From positions 310,001 to 374,000 of the forward strand of contig NW_027590275.1 in the NCBI RefSeq assembly GCF_964213995.1: a stretch of DNA of 64,000 nucleotides, written 5' to 3'. The stretch comes from Mustelus asterias (Eukaryota). The notes beneath the pieces are model-generated. The model was not told the origin of the DNA. It saw only the letters and a list, made by a program, of their open reading frames with translations, and did no database searches. A program made the translations under genes and the position numbers. Positions 14,697-27,417 of the stretch are shown here, in pieces (positions within the stretch are counted from its first letter, which is position 1; each line of letters starts with the position of its first letter).

Positions 14697-15470
14697 AGCG
14701 ACCATTCTTTAATCTGATAACCCAAAGGCTCTTTTCAGAGCCACTCACTTTATCTGAAAAAGGGCGACCTGGTGTCTATCGGTCAGTTTCTGCACTGCTA
14801 TTCATAGCACAGCTGTTTCCCGCTTTGTTCTATCAATCCGTACTATTGACACATACAGTATTTTAATGCAAGTCGCTGCTGTTTATTGGGGAAACTATCC
14901 CAGTGAACATAAATGATCCTATTTCAAATATAATTGCTTTAAAATGTGATAATCTGCGAGGACATTCATCTGCAGCCCATCGGTTTTCAAAGTCAGTCAC
15001 TATCTGGAAAAGTGTTAATGTCTATGCGAATGTGCAAGCGTTTCTGCAATGGCTATATCGGTGTGAGTGGGTTACTGTTTGAGATATGCTTCATATTCTG
15101 AACCTAATTGACGCAATTTTCAACACTCGCTGCGACTCGAAACATGTGCGAAGAAAGTGGATTTGCGGAATTATTGCTCGGAAACTGAAATGATCGCAGG
15201 TTTAATAAAACCACTTTAAAATTGAATTGCGGTAGAACTGTTAACGGCATCGCTTTTACTCTAACCATCAAAGGATTGGAGATATGAGTGACCTCAATGC
15301 AACGGAGAGTTAATTGTTAGCATGGAGAGGTTTCGGTACTGGAGTCCTGGGAATATTCTGTCCTGGGAATTCAAACACTAGAATCGTTAACAGGAGATCG
15401 CAGCTCTTTCATTTGCCGATTTGGTGGCTCTTAAAAGAGCCGTTGTTGGACTTGATGCTGAAGTCGGGGT

Positions 15471-16004
<534 letters not shown>

Positions 16005-17232
16005 TCAAACTCTGACCGGGGAATTAATGTCTGTACCTCAGGTTCTGATTAGTTCAGTTGTTTTGTGAACCGCGCCTTTCAGAAATTGGGCCGTTTTCGA
16101 TGCAGGAAATAGCCGTCTGTATAAAAGACTTTATCCCGTCCTTATTAAAACAAACATTACTCGAAATATTGAAGATTTGAAGTCTATCTCCCTGCACTTA
16201 GTGCTTTAGACCCTTTTCCCGCTCTCTGGGCTGTTCATTCCCAGAATCTCCCGCTGTTCCACTCGATCCCTGTCCCTTTCCTCACCAGCCCATTCAGATT
16301 TCCCCTCTCCTGCCGCTTGTAACATTCGCCGCCGTTTCCGGGGGACAGGATCAGAAATCCTTCTCTGTGTCTCCCTGACGCCGGTGTGAAAGGGGTTGAG
16401 TCTGTTGTTTGTTACAGAGAGTGACTTCATATTTGTCCCGTTTGACATTACTGAATAGAGCCGTTTGCCGCCCGTGGCGGACAAATGTTCAGAAATGAAA
16501 CCTCTTTGTAAAATAATCTTACAGCAGAATATTAATTGAGAATCTATTTTTAATAAGTTAAGAATTTGTCTCAATTCCCTTTCCCGCGCTGAAATTGGCG
16601 GCATTTCCCCAATTCAAAATTTCTGCTGGTTGACAGTTGAAGCCAATGATTGGCTCAATGTTCACATTCGATGCTCTGCGATTGGTTCAGAGCTGCGAAT
16701 GCGGAGAGGATGGCCAATCAGAAGCAGGCTGGGGTTGGAGCGGCTCAAACTGCGGGAATTGCGGTTTTGTGAATGACTGAGCGGAAACTGATCAGTTTCA
16801 CAAAGCCTGTCAGTTTCAGTGCAGGAAACAACCGTCTGGGGTCAAATAGCATCACAACTGGGACTGGTCCCAGTGAACGATTCACCGGCTGCTGCTACTA
16901 AACTCCGCTATTCCAGAGAAAGCTTTTATAAACTCGATCCAAACACTGAGTGATTAAACAGGAGTGATGTGGCGTTTCACTGAGGGCACATGTCAACTGG
17001 GGACTGCTCAGACAATCCACTTAAAAATTTCAAAAACAATTCCCATCGCCGCTCCAAATGAAATGTTAAATTCGGTGATTCCCGCACTGTAACCTAAACA
17101 AAACAAACATGCATCTCAAACACTGAACAGCCTGTCCCAGCTGCCGTTCCCAGGTCACTGCTCTCTCTGTGAAGCGGTGAGTGGCTCTTAAAAGAGCCTT
17201 TGTTGTGTGTTCGGGAGGAAGGTTGCAGTTGT

Positions 17233-17553
<321 letters not shown>

Positions 17554-18427
17554 TCACTCAGATCACTGCACAATATGAGAGAGGAACTCTTTCAGGCTCC
17601 TTTCATACAGCCCGCACCGACCTGACTGAGAAAGGCGGAGTGAGAGCAGAGAGGGGAGGAGACAGAGTGAAGATTAAACACAGAGCGGGAGGGAGGAGAG
17701 AGCCGGACTGACACACACACACAGAACGGCCCCTGATCTTTCAGCTCCACCTCCAGTTTCTGCAACCGCCAATTTCAACCCGTTTAATAACAATGGAAGC
17801 GAAACACAGCTCCCCACACAAACCCTTCCAGAGCCGCCCTTCACAGTCAAGAGTTTCCACAAACCTGGAGCTTTGAAATATGGAATCAAAACAGAAAATG
17901 CTGCAAATAATCAGCAGCTCCCGCAGCTTTTGTGAAGAGGGAGTTAATGAGTCGGTTCGTGACTTTTTGCTTTTGTGTTTAAAACCTGGCCCCGTTATGA
18001 TTCCCAGTCAGTAATATTCCGACTTAAACACAGCAAGAATCGAGGAAGAATCTCCCTCAGGAACATCCTCACCCACATCCGCTTCCAGCTGTTTACAAAT
18101 ACCTTATTGCAGCTGTTTGGGGAAATCTCCTGTGTTAAAATTGAAGTTGGAAAGCGGTATTTAGCCGCCAGTGTTACTGTCTCACACTGAATCTACCAGA
18201 CATCTTTATTATGAGAGAAAGTGGCGATTGAACAAATGTGAAATTCAAATGAAATTCAGCCTCTGCTGTGTTTTGCTTTAGTCTGAATTTGAAATGATCT
18301 CTATTGAGAATGAGCCGAGCCGCGGGACAGGAATCATTTTCTTGCGGGATCAGCTCTTTCCTGAGAGATGTGGGTGGCTCTGAGAAGAGCCTTTGGGTTC
18401 AGAGGTTTACAATTTGCTCGGGTTGTT

Positions 18428-19078
18428 TCACTTCTTTCCTGGCGCTTTCTTCGCTTTTGCTGCTTTCACTTTGGGTTTGGCCTTGGATTTAGTCACTTTT
18501 TTGACAGACTTTCCGCCCGTCACCTTCTTCACAGGAGACTTTTTCTTCAGGGCTGCTTTCTTCACCGCCTTTTTTGGAGTTGCCGCCTTCTTGCTGCTTG
18601 TTTTCTTCACTGTTGATTTCTTCACTGGAGTTTTCTTTGCTGCGGGTTTCTTGGCTGCTGCCTTCTTTGTTGTCAGCTTCTTGGCCGCTGTTTTCTTTAC
18701 TAAAGATTTCTTGGCTGTTGGTGTCTTCACCTTCTTTCCCATTTTCCCCGGGCTTTCCTTCTTAGCGAGTTTGAAGGAGCCGGAGGCGCCCTGTCCCTTT
18801 ATCTGCACCAGAGACCCTGTCTCCACCTTCCTCTTGATCGTTAACCTGATCTGGGAGACGCGCTTCCCCACATCCACTCCGCTGCCAGCCAAAGCTTTCT
18901 TTATCGCGGCCAGGGACATCCCCTTGCGATCGCTGCATCCCGCCACAACATTGAGGATCTGCTCGCCTAACTTGGGACCGGCTGCCGCAGGTCGGGGAGC
19001 CGCCTTCTTCTTCCTGGGAGACTTCACTTGAGCGGGAGCGGCTGGAGGAGCCGTTTCGGCGGCTGCAGTTTCAGTCAT
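18428..19078 (-). CDS. H1: Linker histone H1, 216 aa
   Basis: MTETAAAE N-terminus, globular domain ending GQGASGSFKL, Lys/Ala/Pro tail with S/TPxK motifs; stem-loop GGCTCTTCTCAGAGCC 18376-18391. Confidence 0.97.
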   Translation of the reverse strand: MTETAAAETAPPAAPAQVKSPRKKKAAPRPAAAGPKLGEQILNVVAGCSDRKGMSLAAIKKALAGSGVDVGKRVSQIRLTIKRKVETGSLVQIKGQGASGSFKLAKKESPGKMGKKVKTPTAKKSLVKKTAAKKLTTKKAAAKKPAAKKTPVKKSTVKKTSSKKAATPKKAVKKAALKKKSPVKKVTGGKSVKKVTKSKAKPKVKAAKAKKAPGKK

Positions 19079-20682
19079 ATCCGAGAGTGTGTGGAAAATC
19101 TGTGTGAGAGTCAGAACTGGATCCGAAATGAACCCAGTGGTGGCGGCACAGAGCAACTTAAAGGCAGAGAGCGGACGGAGCAGAGACAAGCTGCTGTCAG
19201 CTCCCGGCTCCTCCAGCCTCTCTGTGTTTCTCTCTCCTCACAAACTCTCCCATTGCAATGAAATTCCGCCTCTCCAGAGATCCAGCTCACATCCTTCATG
19301 TCTCTGACACACGAATGTTTGCTGTTGAAAAGGTTTCACTCGAACTGAGGACTCCATTTTCCACTGAAACCCGTTTTACTGCTGCACTGATCGCGCTCTC
19401 ACACGCGATAGCTGACATGTTCTCTACTTTTCCACTGAATTCTTCAATTTAGCGAAACAATTGCCTTGAAATCTAACTTTGGGGCTCAGCAGGGGGATTG
19501 GGGGGAATCTTTGATTGAAAATCGTTTTATTTTACACAAGAGAGACTCGGAGATCTCATGATCAGAACAGACACACAAACACAGTTGGATTAGTCTGACC
19601 CGCCCGCTCCTTTCATACACTCTCTCTTACACAATATTCACATCTACACATTCACAGGACAAAACTTTCACCAACTGTAAGGTCCCAGGACGGAATTTCT
19701 CCTCCTTCCGGCCTTTGCTCCGGATTCCAGGGGGTTAGTTATAGTTTTTCATCTCAGTAACTGTTAAACACTCTGAAGCCCGCTCCCTGCAGATTGCCTT
19801 TGAATTCATTCATGGAATGTGAGTGTCGCTGTCTGGGTCAGCATTTATTGCCCATCCCTAATTGCCCTTGGGAAGGTGGTGATGAGCTGCCTTCTGGAAC
19901 CGCTGCAGTTCATGTGGTGTGGGACCACATCTGTTTACCAGATTCCGTGGCCAGAGCTAATAATATCTGGGGGGGGTTTCAGTTATTATAGTGATTGCAG
20001 ACATCATTGTGTCTTTCGGGTGAAAATACAAATTATTTGCTCTCGGAGTCTCTAGATTTCCTGTTTTATTTGTTTCTTCTGCACTGACAGGTAACAGTAA
20101 ATCACAACCTCAACAACCAGTGACAGCCAGTTAAATAATCATCCCCCACTCGCTGAAAGTGAAGTTTCTGATAGTGATGGACAGTTTCCGACCATCCTCC
20201 GATTGGGCCTGAGGAAACCAGATTCACTGTCAAAGCTGAACTTTGTTACAGAAGGGGTGGAAGTGCCAGGTGAGCGATGGTGGTGGAGTAGTGACTGTGC
20301 GAGCATTTGACCAAGAGTCAGTTCCTGACCATCACAGTGGTGATTTATTTAATTAACTATCGCAGGTCACAACAGCAGGTGGGCATTCCTAAAATAAAAT
20401 TCACTAAAGATTCTCACCATCACTGTGGTTCTAATGGAAAATCCAGCTTCAATTTACTTTGTGGAAACTTTGTTAAAATGAAAGAACAGGCCTCAAAACT
20501 AATCAATGAGTTCTCAGTCAGAAACAATAGTAAAAAGGTGGCTGAAACTGTCCAGAAAAACGAGAAAAGCCAAGTTCAGTTTACAAACTGTGCCATGGAC
20601 ACACCAAATGTCTGATGAAATCAGCAGCGAAGGTAGTTCCTAATTATAACTATTGAAAAGAAGGGCTGTTTGAGCAGATTGA

Positions 20683-20754
20683 GTGATGGTGGTATAGTGG
20701 TGAGCACAGCTACCTTCCAAACAATTGACCCGAGTTCGATTCCCGGCTATCACA
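20683..20754 (+). pseudogene. tRNA-Gly(TCC)-derived pseudogene
   Basis: GGTGGTATAGTGGTGAGCA...CTTCCAA...GTTCGATTCCCGG; anticodon stem mispaired. Confidence 0.75.
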
Positions 20755-22640
20755 TTGATAGTTTATGTAGAACCTTGTCCACGGTTTCTTGTGTTTTAAA
20801 CCGAGTGGACAAAAACAGTACGAACGCAACATTTGACAGGAATGAAATAAAATAATAAAAAGTTTCATTTTTTTCTTCGGACGTAATTCGTTTCAAATGA
20901 AAAATTATTGAAATAGAAAACCAAATCTCTGACCTAATAAATGAGTTCTCCATCAGAGACAAAGATAAAATTACAGCTCACACACTGTGCTCTGCACAAT
21001 CCTGGTACCTGATGAAGTTAATATGAACGTTATTGGGGTGGTTCAATCATTCTGACACATGTGCAGCTGCAATGACTGAGTGGTTAAGGCTTTGGACATC
21101 GGCAATGCTGTCCAGAGCACACATTCAAACTGTGGTAATTATACAATACATGGCAGCATTGTGAACAGTGAGGGGGTACTGCTGAAGCTCAAAGTTCCTG
21201 ATACAGCTTGTGGATTGGTCAAACAAGACCAATTTAAAGCAGAGAAGTGTGAAATGATTTATTTCATTGGGAAGAAAAGGTTGAGACAATATAAAAGTAA
21301 TGATACAATTGTAAAAGCATGCAGGAACAAGGGGCCTGCAGTTAAATGTGACACTAATAATTGCTGTTTGAGTGGCAGGTTGAGAGCATGGTTAATAAAG
21401 TATTTGGTTTTGTGAGCTTTATACGTAGGGACATAGAGTACAAGAGCAAGCAGGTTATGGGAAACCTGTATAAAACACTGGTTTGGCCTCAGTTGGAGTA
21501 TTTGACTCTGATCTGGACAGCAGTCGTTGGAAAGGATGTGAAGGCATTGGAGAGGGTGCAATAAATCTCTGGGCATGGGTCCAGGGATGAGGAAGTTCAG
21601 TTACATCGGTAGATTGAGAATTTGGGTCTGTTCTCTTTGACGAAGAGAAGGTTGAGAGGAGATTTGATAGAAGTGTTCAGAATTGTGAAAGGAGTAAAAC
21701 ATTCTGTGCTGGGACCTTACAGTTGGTAAAAGTTTTGTCCTGTGAATGTGTAGGTGTGAATATTGTGGAAAAGAGAGTGTATGAAAGGAGCGGGCGGGTC
21801 AGACTAATCCAACTGTGTTTGTGTGTCTGTTCTGATCATGTGGAGGGAATTGGAAGGAGCTGATAGGGAGAAGCTGTCATGTCCCAATCTTCCTCTGTCA
21901 GGAAGTGTTCCCCAAACTGAATGGACAGGGCACTTTCCCGGTTACACTTCTCCGGCAATGCTAAATATTCTGAGTATTTGTTTTAATGTGAAACATTTAA
22001 GATAATTATACAAACACAATAAATTGTTGAGAGTAAAGAAGAAACATTTAAAATGAAAATTCATGTTGACGTCTCTCTGCTGAACTTTTAGTCTTTCCAG
22101 TCTGGGCCAGTGGTCTGATTAATCCGATGGTGCTTTTCCCAGTCGCCTGTGTAACGTGGCTTGAATCCCGGCCTTCCAGGTTTTGAACTGCATAGCGGAG
22201 CATTTGAGAAAGTATTGGGGCTGAATGGCCTCATCTAGCTCTAGTCTTCCTTCCGTCTGGTGAGCTAATCTGACATCCAACCCAGAGTGGAAATGCTGCA
22301 TAGATTGTCTTAAAAATGGTCTCTAAGCTGAGGGAGTGACTGTAAATCTCGTCACCACTTCCATCCTGACTAATTTCCTCCACTTCAAACCGTCCATCAA
22401 TGTCAGAAGGAGTCAGAACTGGAGTAGGAGACTCCACCAATGATTGAGGTCCCATCTTTGACCACTCGAGCATCCTGCCTTGCCTCACACCTTCTCTGTT
22501 CTCCAGCAGCGGTGATGTACCAGGGTCTTGGCTGCTCTGAATGGCCTGTTTGAGGGTCTCCTTGCTCCAAAGCAGATGACTTTTGATGTCTGCCAGCAAG
22601 TTGTTGAGATTTGGCTCCTCCTCATCTCCATCTCCAACTA

Positions 22641-22963
22641 GGACAGCACGGTAGCACAGTGGTTAGCACTGCTGCTTCACAGCTCCAGGGTCCCAGGTTC
22701 GATTCCCGGCTCGGGTCACTGTCTGTGTGGAGTTTGCACATTCTCTGCGTGGATTTTCTCCGGGTGCTCCGCTTTCCTCCCACAGTCCAAAGATGTGCAG
22801 GTTAGGTTGATTGGCCAGGTTAAAAATTGCCCCTTAGTGTCCTGAGATGCGTAGGTTAGAGGGATTAGCGGGTAAATATGTGGGGGTAGGGCCTGGGTGG
22901 GATTGTGGTCGGTGCAGACTCGATGGGCCGAATAGCCTCCTTCTGCACTGTAGGGTTTCTATG
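22641..22963 (+). mobile_element. HE1-type V-SINE, near full length
   Basis: tRNA head, V-domain GGTGCTCCG.TTTCCTCCCACAGTCCAAAGA, CR1-like tail. Confidence 0.9.
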
Positions 22964-23159
22964 AACTTCAGACCAGTCGGGAACTTCCATCTTCCAAGCT
23001 TCTCGGGGCTGGTTGAACAGAAACAACAATAATTAAGGATTTTGCGGAGTTGTTACATTCGAGCAGATTTCCCCCTGGGGCATTTCATTAAACACCGGCT
23101 TTTTCACTTCATTATTAACTGCAGGAATGGCAATGGAATGTATTGGTCCATTTATCCTC

Positions 23160-24850
23160 ACATAGGAGTTGGGACGTCATGTTGAAGTTGTACAAGACAT
23201 TGGTAAGGCCCCGCTAGGAATACTGTGTACAGTTCTGGTCACACTGTTATAGAAAGGATATTATTAAATGAGAAAGACTGCAGAAAAGATTTACTATGAT
23301 GCTACCGGGACTTGACGGTTTGAGTTATAAGGAGAGGATGAATAGTCTGGGACTTTTTGTCTGGAGCGTAGGAGTCTTAGGGATGATCTTATAGAGGTTA
23401 TAAAATAATGAGGACCACAGATGAGGAAGATAGTCAACATCTTTTCCCAAAGTTAGGGGAGTCTAAAAGTGGGGGACACAGGTTTAAGGTGAGAGGGGAG
23501 AAACACAAAAGGGTCCAGAGGGGCAATTTTTTCACACAGAGGGTGGTGAGTGTCTGTAACGAGCTGCCAGAGGTAGTAGTAGAAGCGGTTACAATTTTGT
23601 CTTTTAAAAAGCATTTCGATAGTTGCATGGGTAAGATTGGTATAGAGGGATATGGGCCAAACGCAGGCAATTGGGAATAGCTTATTGGTAAAAACTGGAC
23701 GACACGGATTAGTTGGGCTGAAGGGCCTGTTTCCAGCTGTGAATGTCTGTGACTGTACGACTATGACTCTAGCCCTAACTGGAAATGATGCAGATTGTCA
23801 CTGTCATTGCTGTAAGTGGGATGGGGACAATGCTCACTCACAGCATCTGTATTCCATCTGAACAGCTGGCAGGTAGAACACAAAATCAATGGTAAACATT
23901 CTGTCAGCATCCAGTGAAACTGGGTAACTGTGGTAACGGGTCGGTACATTGACAACACAGGACTCTGTGACAATACCTTCATCCCCAACAGGGTGATGTC
24001 ACCAGGATCCACAATTCCCCCAGTTTGGAGATTCCACTCAGGAAGCAAGGAGCAAAGTGTAAGACACCAGAGAAAAGACAAAAGATTTTCATTTCTATCG
24101 AACCAATCATCATCTCTGGAGTTCCCAAAGGACAGTCAATGAATGACTTCTTTAAGAAGTCATAGAGTCAGAGAATTTTACAGCACAGAAAGAGGCCATT
24201 CGGCCCCTCGTGTATGCACCGGCCATCAGCACCTATCTATTCTAATCCCATCCCGATCTGGATGAGGGAACCAAACGTAACATTTCCACGTTTGCTGACA
24301 ACACAAAACTGGGCGGAATTGTGAGTTGTGAGGAGGATGTAAGGAGGCTTCAAGGTGATTTAGACAAGTTGAGTGAGTGAACAAGCACATGGTAGATGCA
24401 GCACAATGCGGCTAAATATGAAGTTATACACTTTGGTGTGAAAAACAGAAAGGACAGGATGAGAGGAGATCTGATTGAAAAATATACAATTCTAACAGGG
24501 CTGGACAGACTAGCTGCAGGAAGGATGTTTTCCTTGGTTGGGGAATGTAGAACAAGGGGACACAGTCTTAGGATATGGAGTACACCATTTAGAAATGAGA
24601 TGAGGAGAGATTTCTTCACTTAGAGGGTGGTGAACCTGTGGAATTCTCTACCTCAGAAGCTGTGGCGACCAAGTCACTGCATATATTCAAGAAGGAGAGA
24701 GAGAAATTTTTAGATTTTAATGGCATCAAGGGGTATTGGGAAAAGCTGAGAATATGGAATTGCGATATAGGATCAGACATGATCACATTGAATGATGGAA
24801 CAGGCTCAAAGGGCTGAATGGCCGACTCCTGTTCCGAGTTTCAATGTTTC
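23160..24850 (+). mobile_element. Degraded CR1 3' fragments (23160-23760, 24250-24850)
   Basis: Remnant motifs GHRFKVRG, FFTQRVV, RGDLIE and CR1 3' UTR. Confidence 0.75.
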
Positions 24851-24854
24851 CAAG

Positions 24855-24966
24855 TTCTGATGAAAGGTCACATACCTGAAAAACTAACTCTGTTTCTCTC
24901 TGTAGACAGATGCTGCACAATCTGCTGAGCTTTCTTTTCTGTTTCATTTCAGATTTCCAGCGTCTG
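24855..24966 (+). mobile_element. Penelope-derived pLTR remnant with hammerhead-like core
   Basis: CTGATGA-AAGGT...ACCT-GAAA, then ACAGATGCTG...CTGCTGAG; related to 43235-43310 and 47533-47729. Confidence 0.55.
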
Positions 24967-25725
24967 AACTGAACCCAGCCAGAGTCAGCACCTTCAGGAG
25001 AGAGAGAGAGAGGAATCAGTGAGTGTAGAACTGAACACAGCCAGAGTCAGCACCTTCAGGAGAGAGAGAGAGGAACCAGTGAGTGTAGAACTGAACCCAG
25101 CCAGAGTCAGCACCTTCAATAGAAAGAGAGGAACCAGTGAGTGTGGAACTGAACACAGCCAGAGTCAGCACCTTCAGGAGAGAGAGAGCAACCAGTGAGT
25201 GTGGAACTGAACCCAGCCAGAGTCAGCACCTTCAGGGGATAGAGAGAGGAACCAGTGAGTGTGGAACTGAACACAGCCAGAGTCAGCACCTTCAATAGAG
25301 AGAGAGAGAGGAACCAGTGAGTGTAGAACTGAACCAGCTAGAGTCAGCACCTTCAATAGAGAGAGAGAGAGGAATCAGTGAGTGTAGAATTGAACCCAGC
25401 CAGAGTCAGCACCTTCAGGAGAAAGAGAGAGAGGAACCAGTGAGTGTAGAATTGAACCCAGCCAGAGTCAGCACCTTCAGGAGAGAGAGAGGAACCAGTG
25501 AGTGTAGAACTGAACCCAGCCAGAGTCAGCACCTTTAGGAGAGAGTGAGAGGAATCAGTGAGTGTAGAACTGAACCCAGCCAGAGTCAGCACCTTCAGGA
25601 GAGAGCGAGGAACGAGTGAGTGTAGAATTGAACCCAGCCAGAGTCAGCAGCTTCAGCGGAGAGAGAGGAACCAGTGAGTGTAGAACTGAACCCAGCCAGA
25701 GTCAGCACCTTCAGGGGATAGAGAG
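24966..25725. repeat. Minisatellite, 13 copies of a ~58-62 bp unit
   Basis: Unit GAACTGAACCCAGCCAGAGTCAGCACCTTCAGG(AG)nGAACCAGTGAGTGTA; length varies mainly in the (AG)n run. Confidence 0.95.
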
Positions 25726-26142
25726 GTAATTAATTTAAGCCCTGTATTCAAAATCAGAAGAAGAGAGGATTTGATTTGATTTGATTTATTATTGTCACAT
25801 GTATTAACATATTGTTTCTTGCGCGCTATCCAGACAAAACATACCGTTCATAGAGAAGGAAATGAGAGAGTTCAGAATGTAGTGTTACAGGAAAGAGGGA
25901 ACCAATGACCAGTGAGCTGAACGTCGGTCGTAGGGCAGTTGCTGGAGTCCATTATCAAGCGTTTGAAAAGCAGTGTTCTAATCAGATAAAGTCAGCATGG
26001 ATTTACAAAAGGGAAATCATGCTTGACAAAACTACTAGAATTCTTTGAGGATGTAACTAGTAGAGTTGACCAGGGAGAACCGGTGGATGTGATTTATTTC
26101 GACTTTCAGAAGGCTTTGGACAAGGTCTTACGTAACGGTTTT

Positions 26143-26451
26143 AAGTTATAAAGTTTAAAGTTTGTTTATTAGTGTCACAAGTAGGTTTACATTAACACTG
26201 CAATGAAGTTATTGTGAAAATCCCCCAGTCGCCATACTCTGCCGCCTGTTTGGGTAGATTGAGAGAATTTAGCATGGCCAATGCAACTAACCAGCATGCC
26301 TTTCAGACTGTGGGAGGAAACCAGAGCATCCAGAGGAAACGCACGCAGACACAGAGGGAACATGCAAACTCCACAAGTGACCCAAGCCAGGAATCGAACC
26401 CGGCTCCCTGGCGCTGTGAGACAGCAGTGCCAACCACTGTGCCGCCGTGCC
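26143..26451 (-). mobile_element. V-SINE subfamily copy
   Basis: Reverse-complement tRNA head at 26390-26451; tail as in 7827-8082. Confidence 0.8.
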
Positions 26452-26475
26452 ACTCTGCTACTATGTAAAGTTAAA

Positions 26476-27417
26476 GTGGAGGCTTTGGAGAGAGTACAGA
26501 GGAGGTTTACCAGGATGTTGCCTGGTATGGAGGGGCTTGGTTATGAGGAGAGATTGGGGAAACTGGGGTTGTTCTCCTTGGAAAGATGGAGGATGAGGGG
26601 AGACTTAATAGCGGTGTATAAAATTATGAAAGGCATAGATAGGGTGAACGGTGGGAAGCTTTTCCCTGGGTCGGTGGTGACGTTCACGAGGGGTCATAGG
26701 TTCAAGGTGAAGGGGGGGAGGTTTAACACAGATATCAGAAGGACATATTTTACACAGAGGGTCGTGGGGGCCTGCAATGTGTTGCCGGGCAAGGTGGTGG
26801 AGGCGGACACACTGGGAACGTTTAAGACTTATCTAGACAGCTATATGAACGGAGTGGGAATGGAGGGATACAAAAGAGTGGTCTAGTTTGGACCAGGGAG
26901 CGGCGCGGGCTAATTGTTCTTTGTTTCTCGTTTCAAGTCTTCATTCTATGATCATCTTGCTGTTGCCAGTACAGAGCGAGACTGCGGATAGTTGGGAACC
27001 TGTCTCGGGGGCAGGGAATTCAGATGGTGTTCGTAAAGCAGAAGTGGAAATTAATAGGGTTGGGAAGCATTTTCTGATCAGGGCCAGTGTGATCTCCTGG
27101 ACTTGTTTCGATCGCCTCAGGGGGTCGGAGAGGAAATTCCCAGATTTTTTTTTCCCCATATTGGCCCTGGGGTTTTTACTCTGGGTTTTCGCCTCTCCCT
27201 GGAGATCACATGGTCTGGAATGGGGGGGTGGGGGTGAGTTAATAGGTTGTGATGAACAAAGCATCGTAGCTGTGAGGGACAGCTCGGTGGATAGGATATT
27301 AGGATGTAGATAGGCTGGAAAATTGGGCGGGGATCCTGGATTCAGGATTCAATCCTGGACCGGGGAGCGGCGCGGGCTTGGAGGGCCGAAGGGCCTGTTC
27401 CTGTGCTGTATTGTTCT
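26476..27417 (+). mobile_element. 5'-truncated CR1 with extended 3' UTR
   Basis: Intact ORF2 C-terminus VEALERVQRRFTRMLPG...GMEGY to 26886; CR1 terminal motif at 27380-27417. Confidence 0.85.

Noticed and set aside
24966-25725. CRISPR-like regular array
   Set aside because: No unique spacers, no cas genes, eukaryotic context; it is a minisatellite.
27090-27140. Hammerhead-like CTGAGG...GAAAC on the minus strand of the CR1 3' UTR
   Set aside because: Lacks the CUGANGA core and a convincing stem II.
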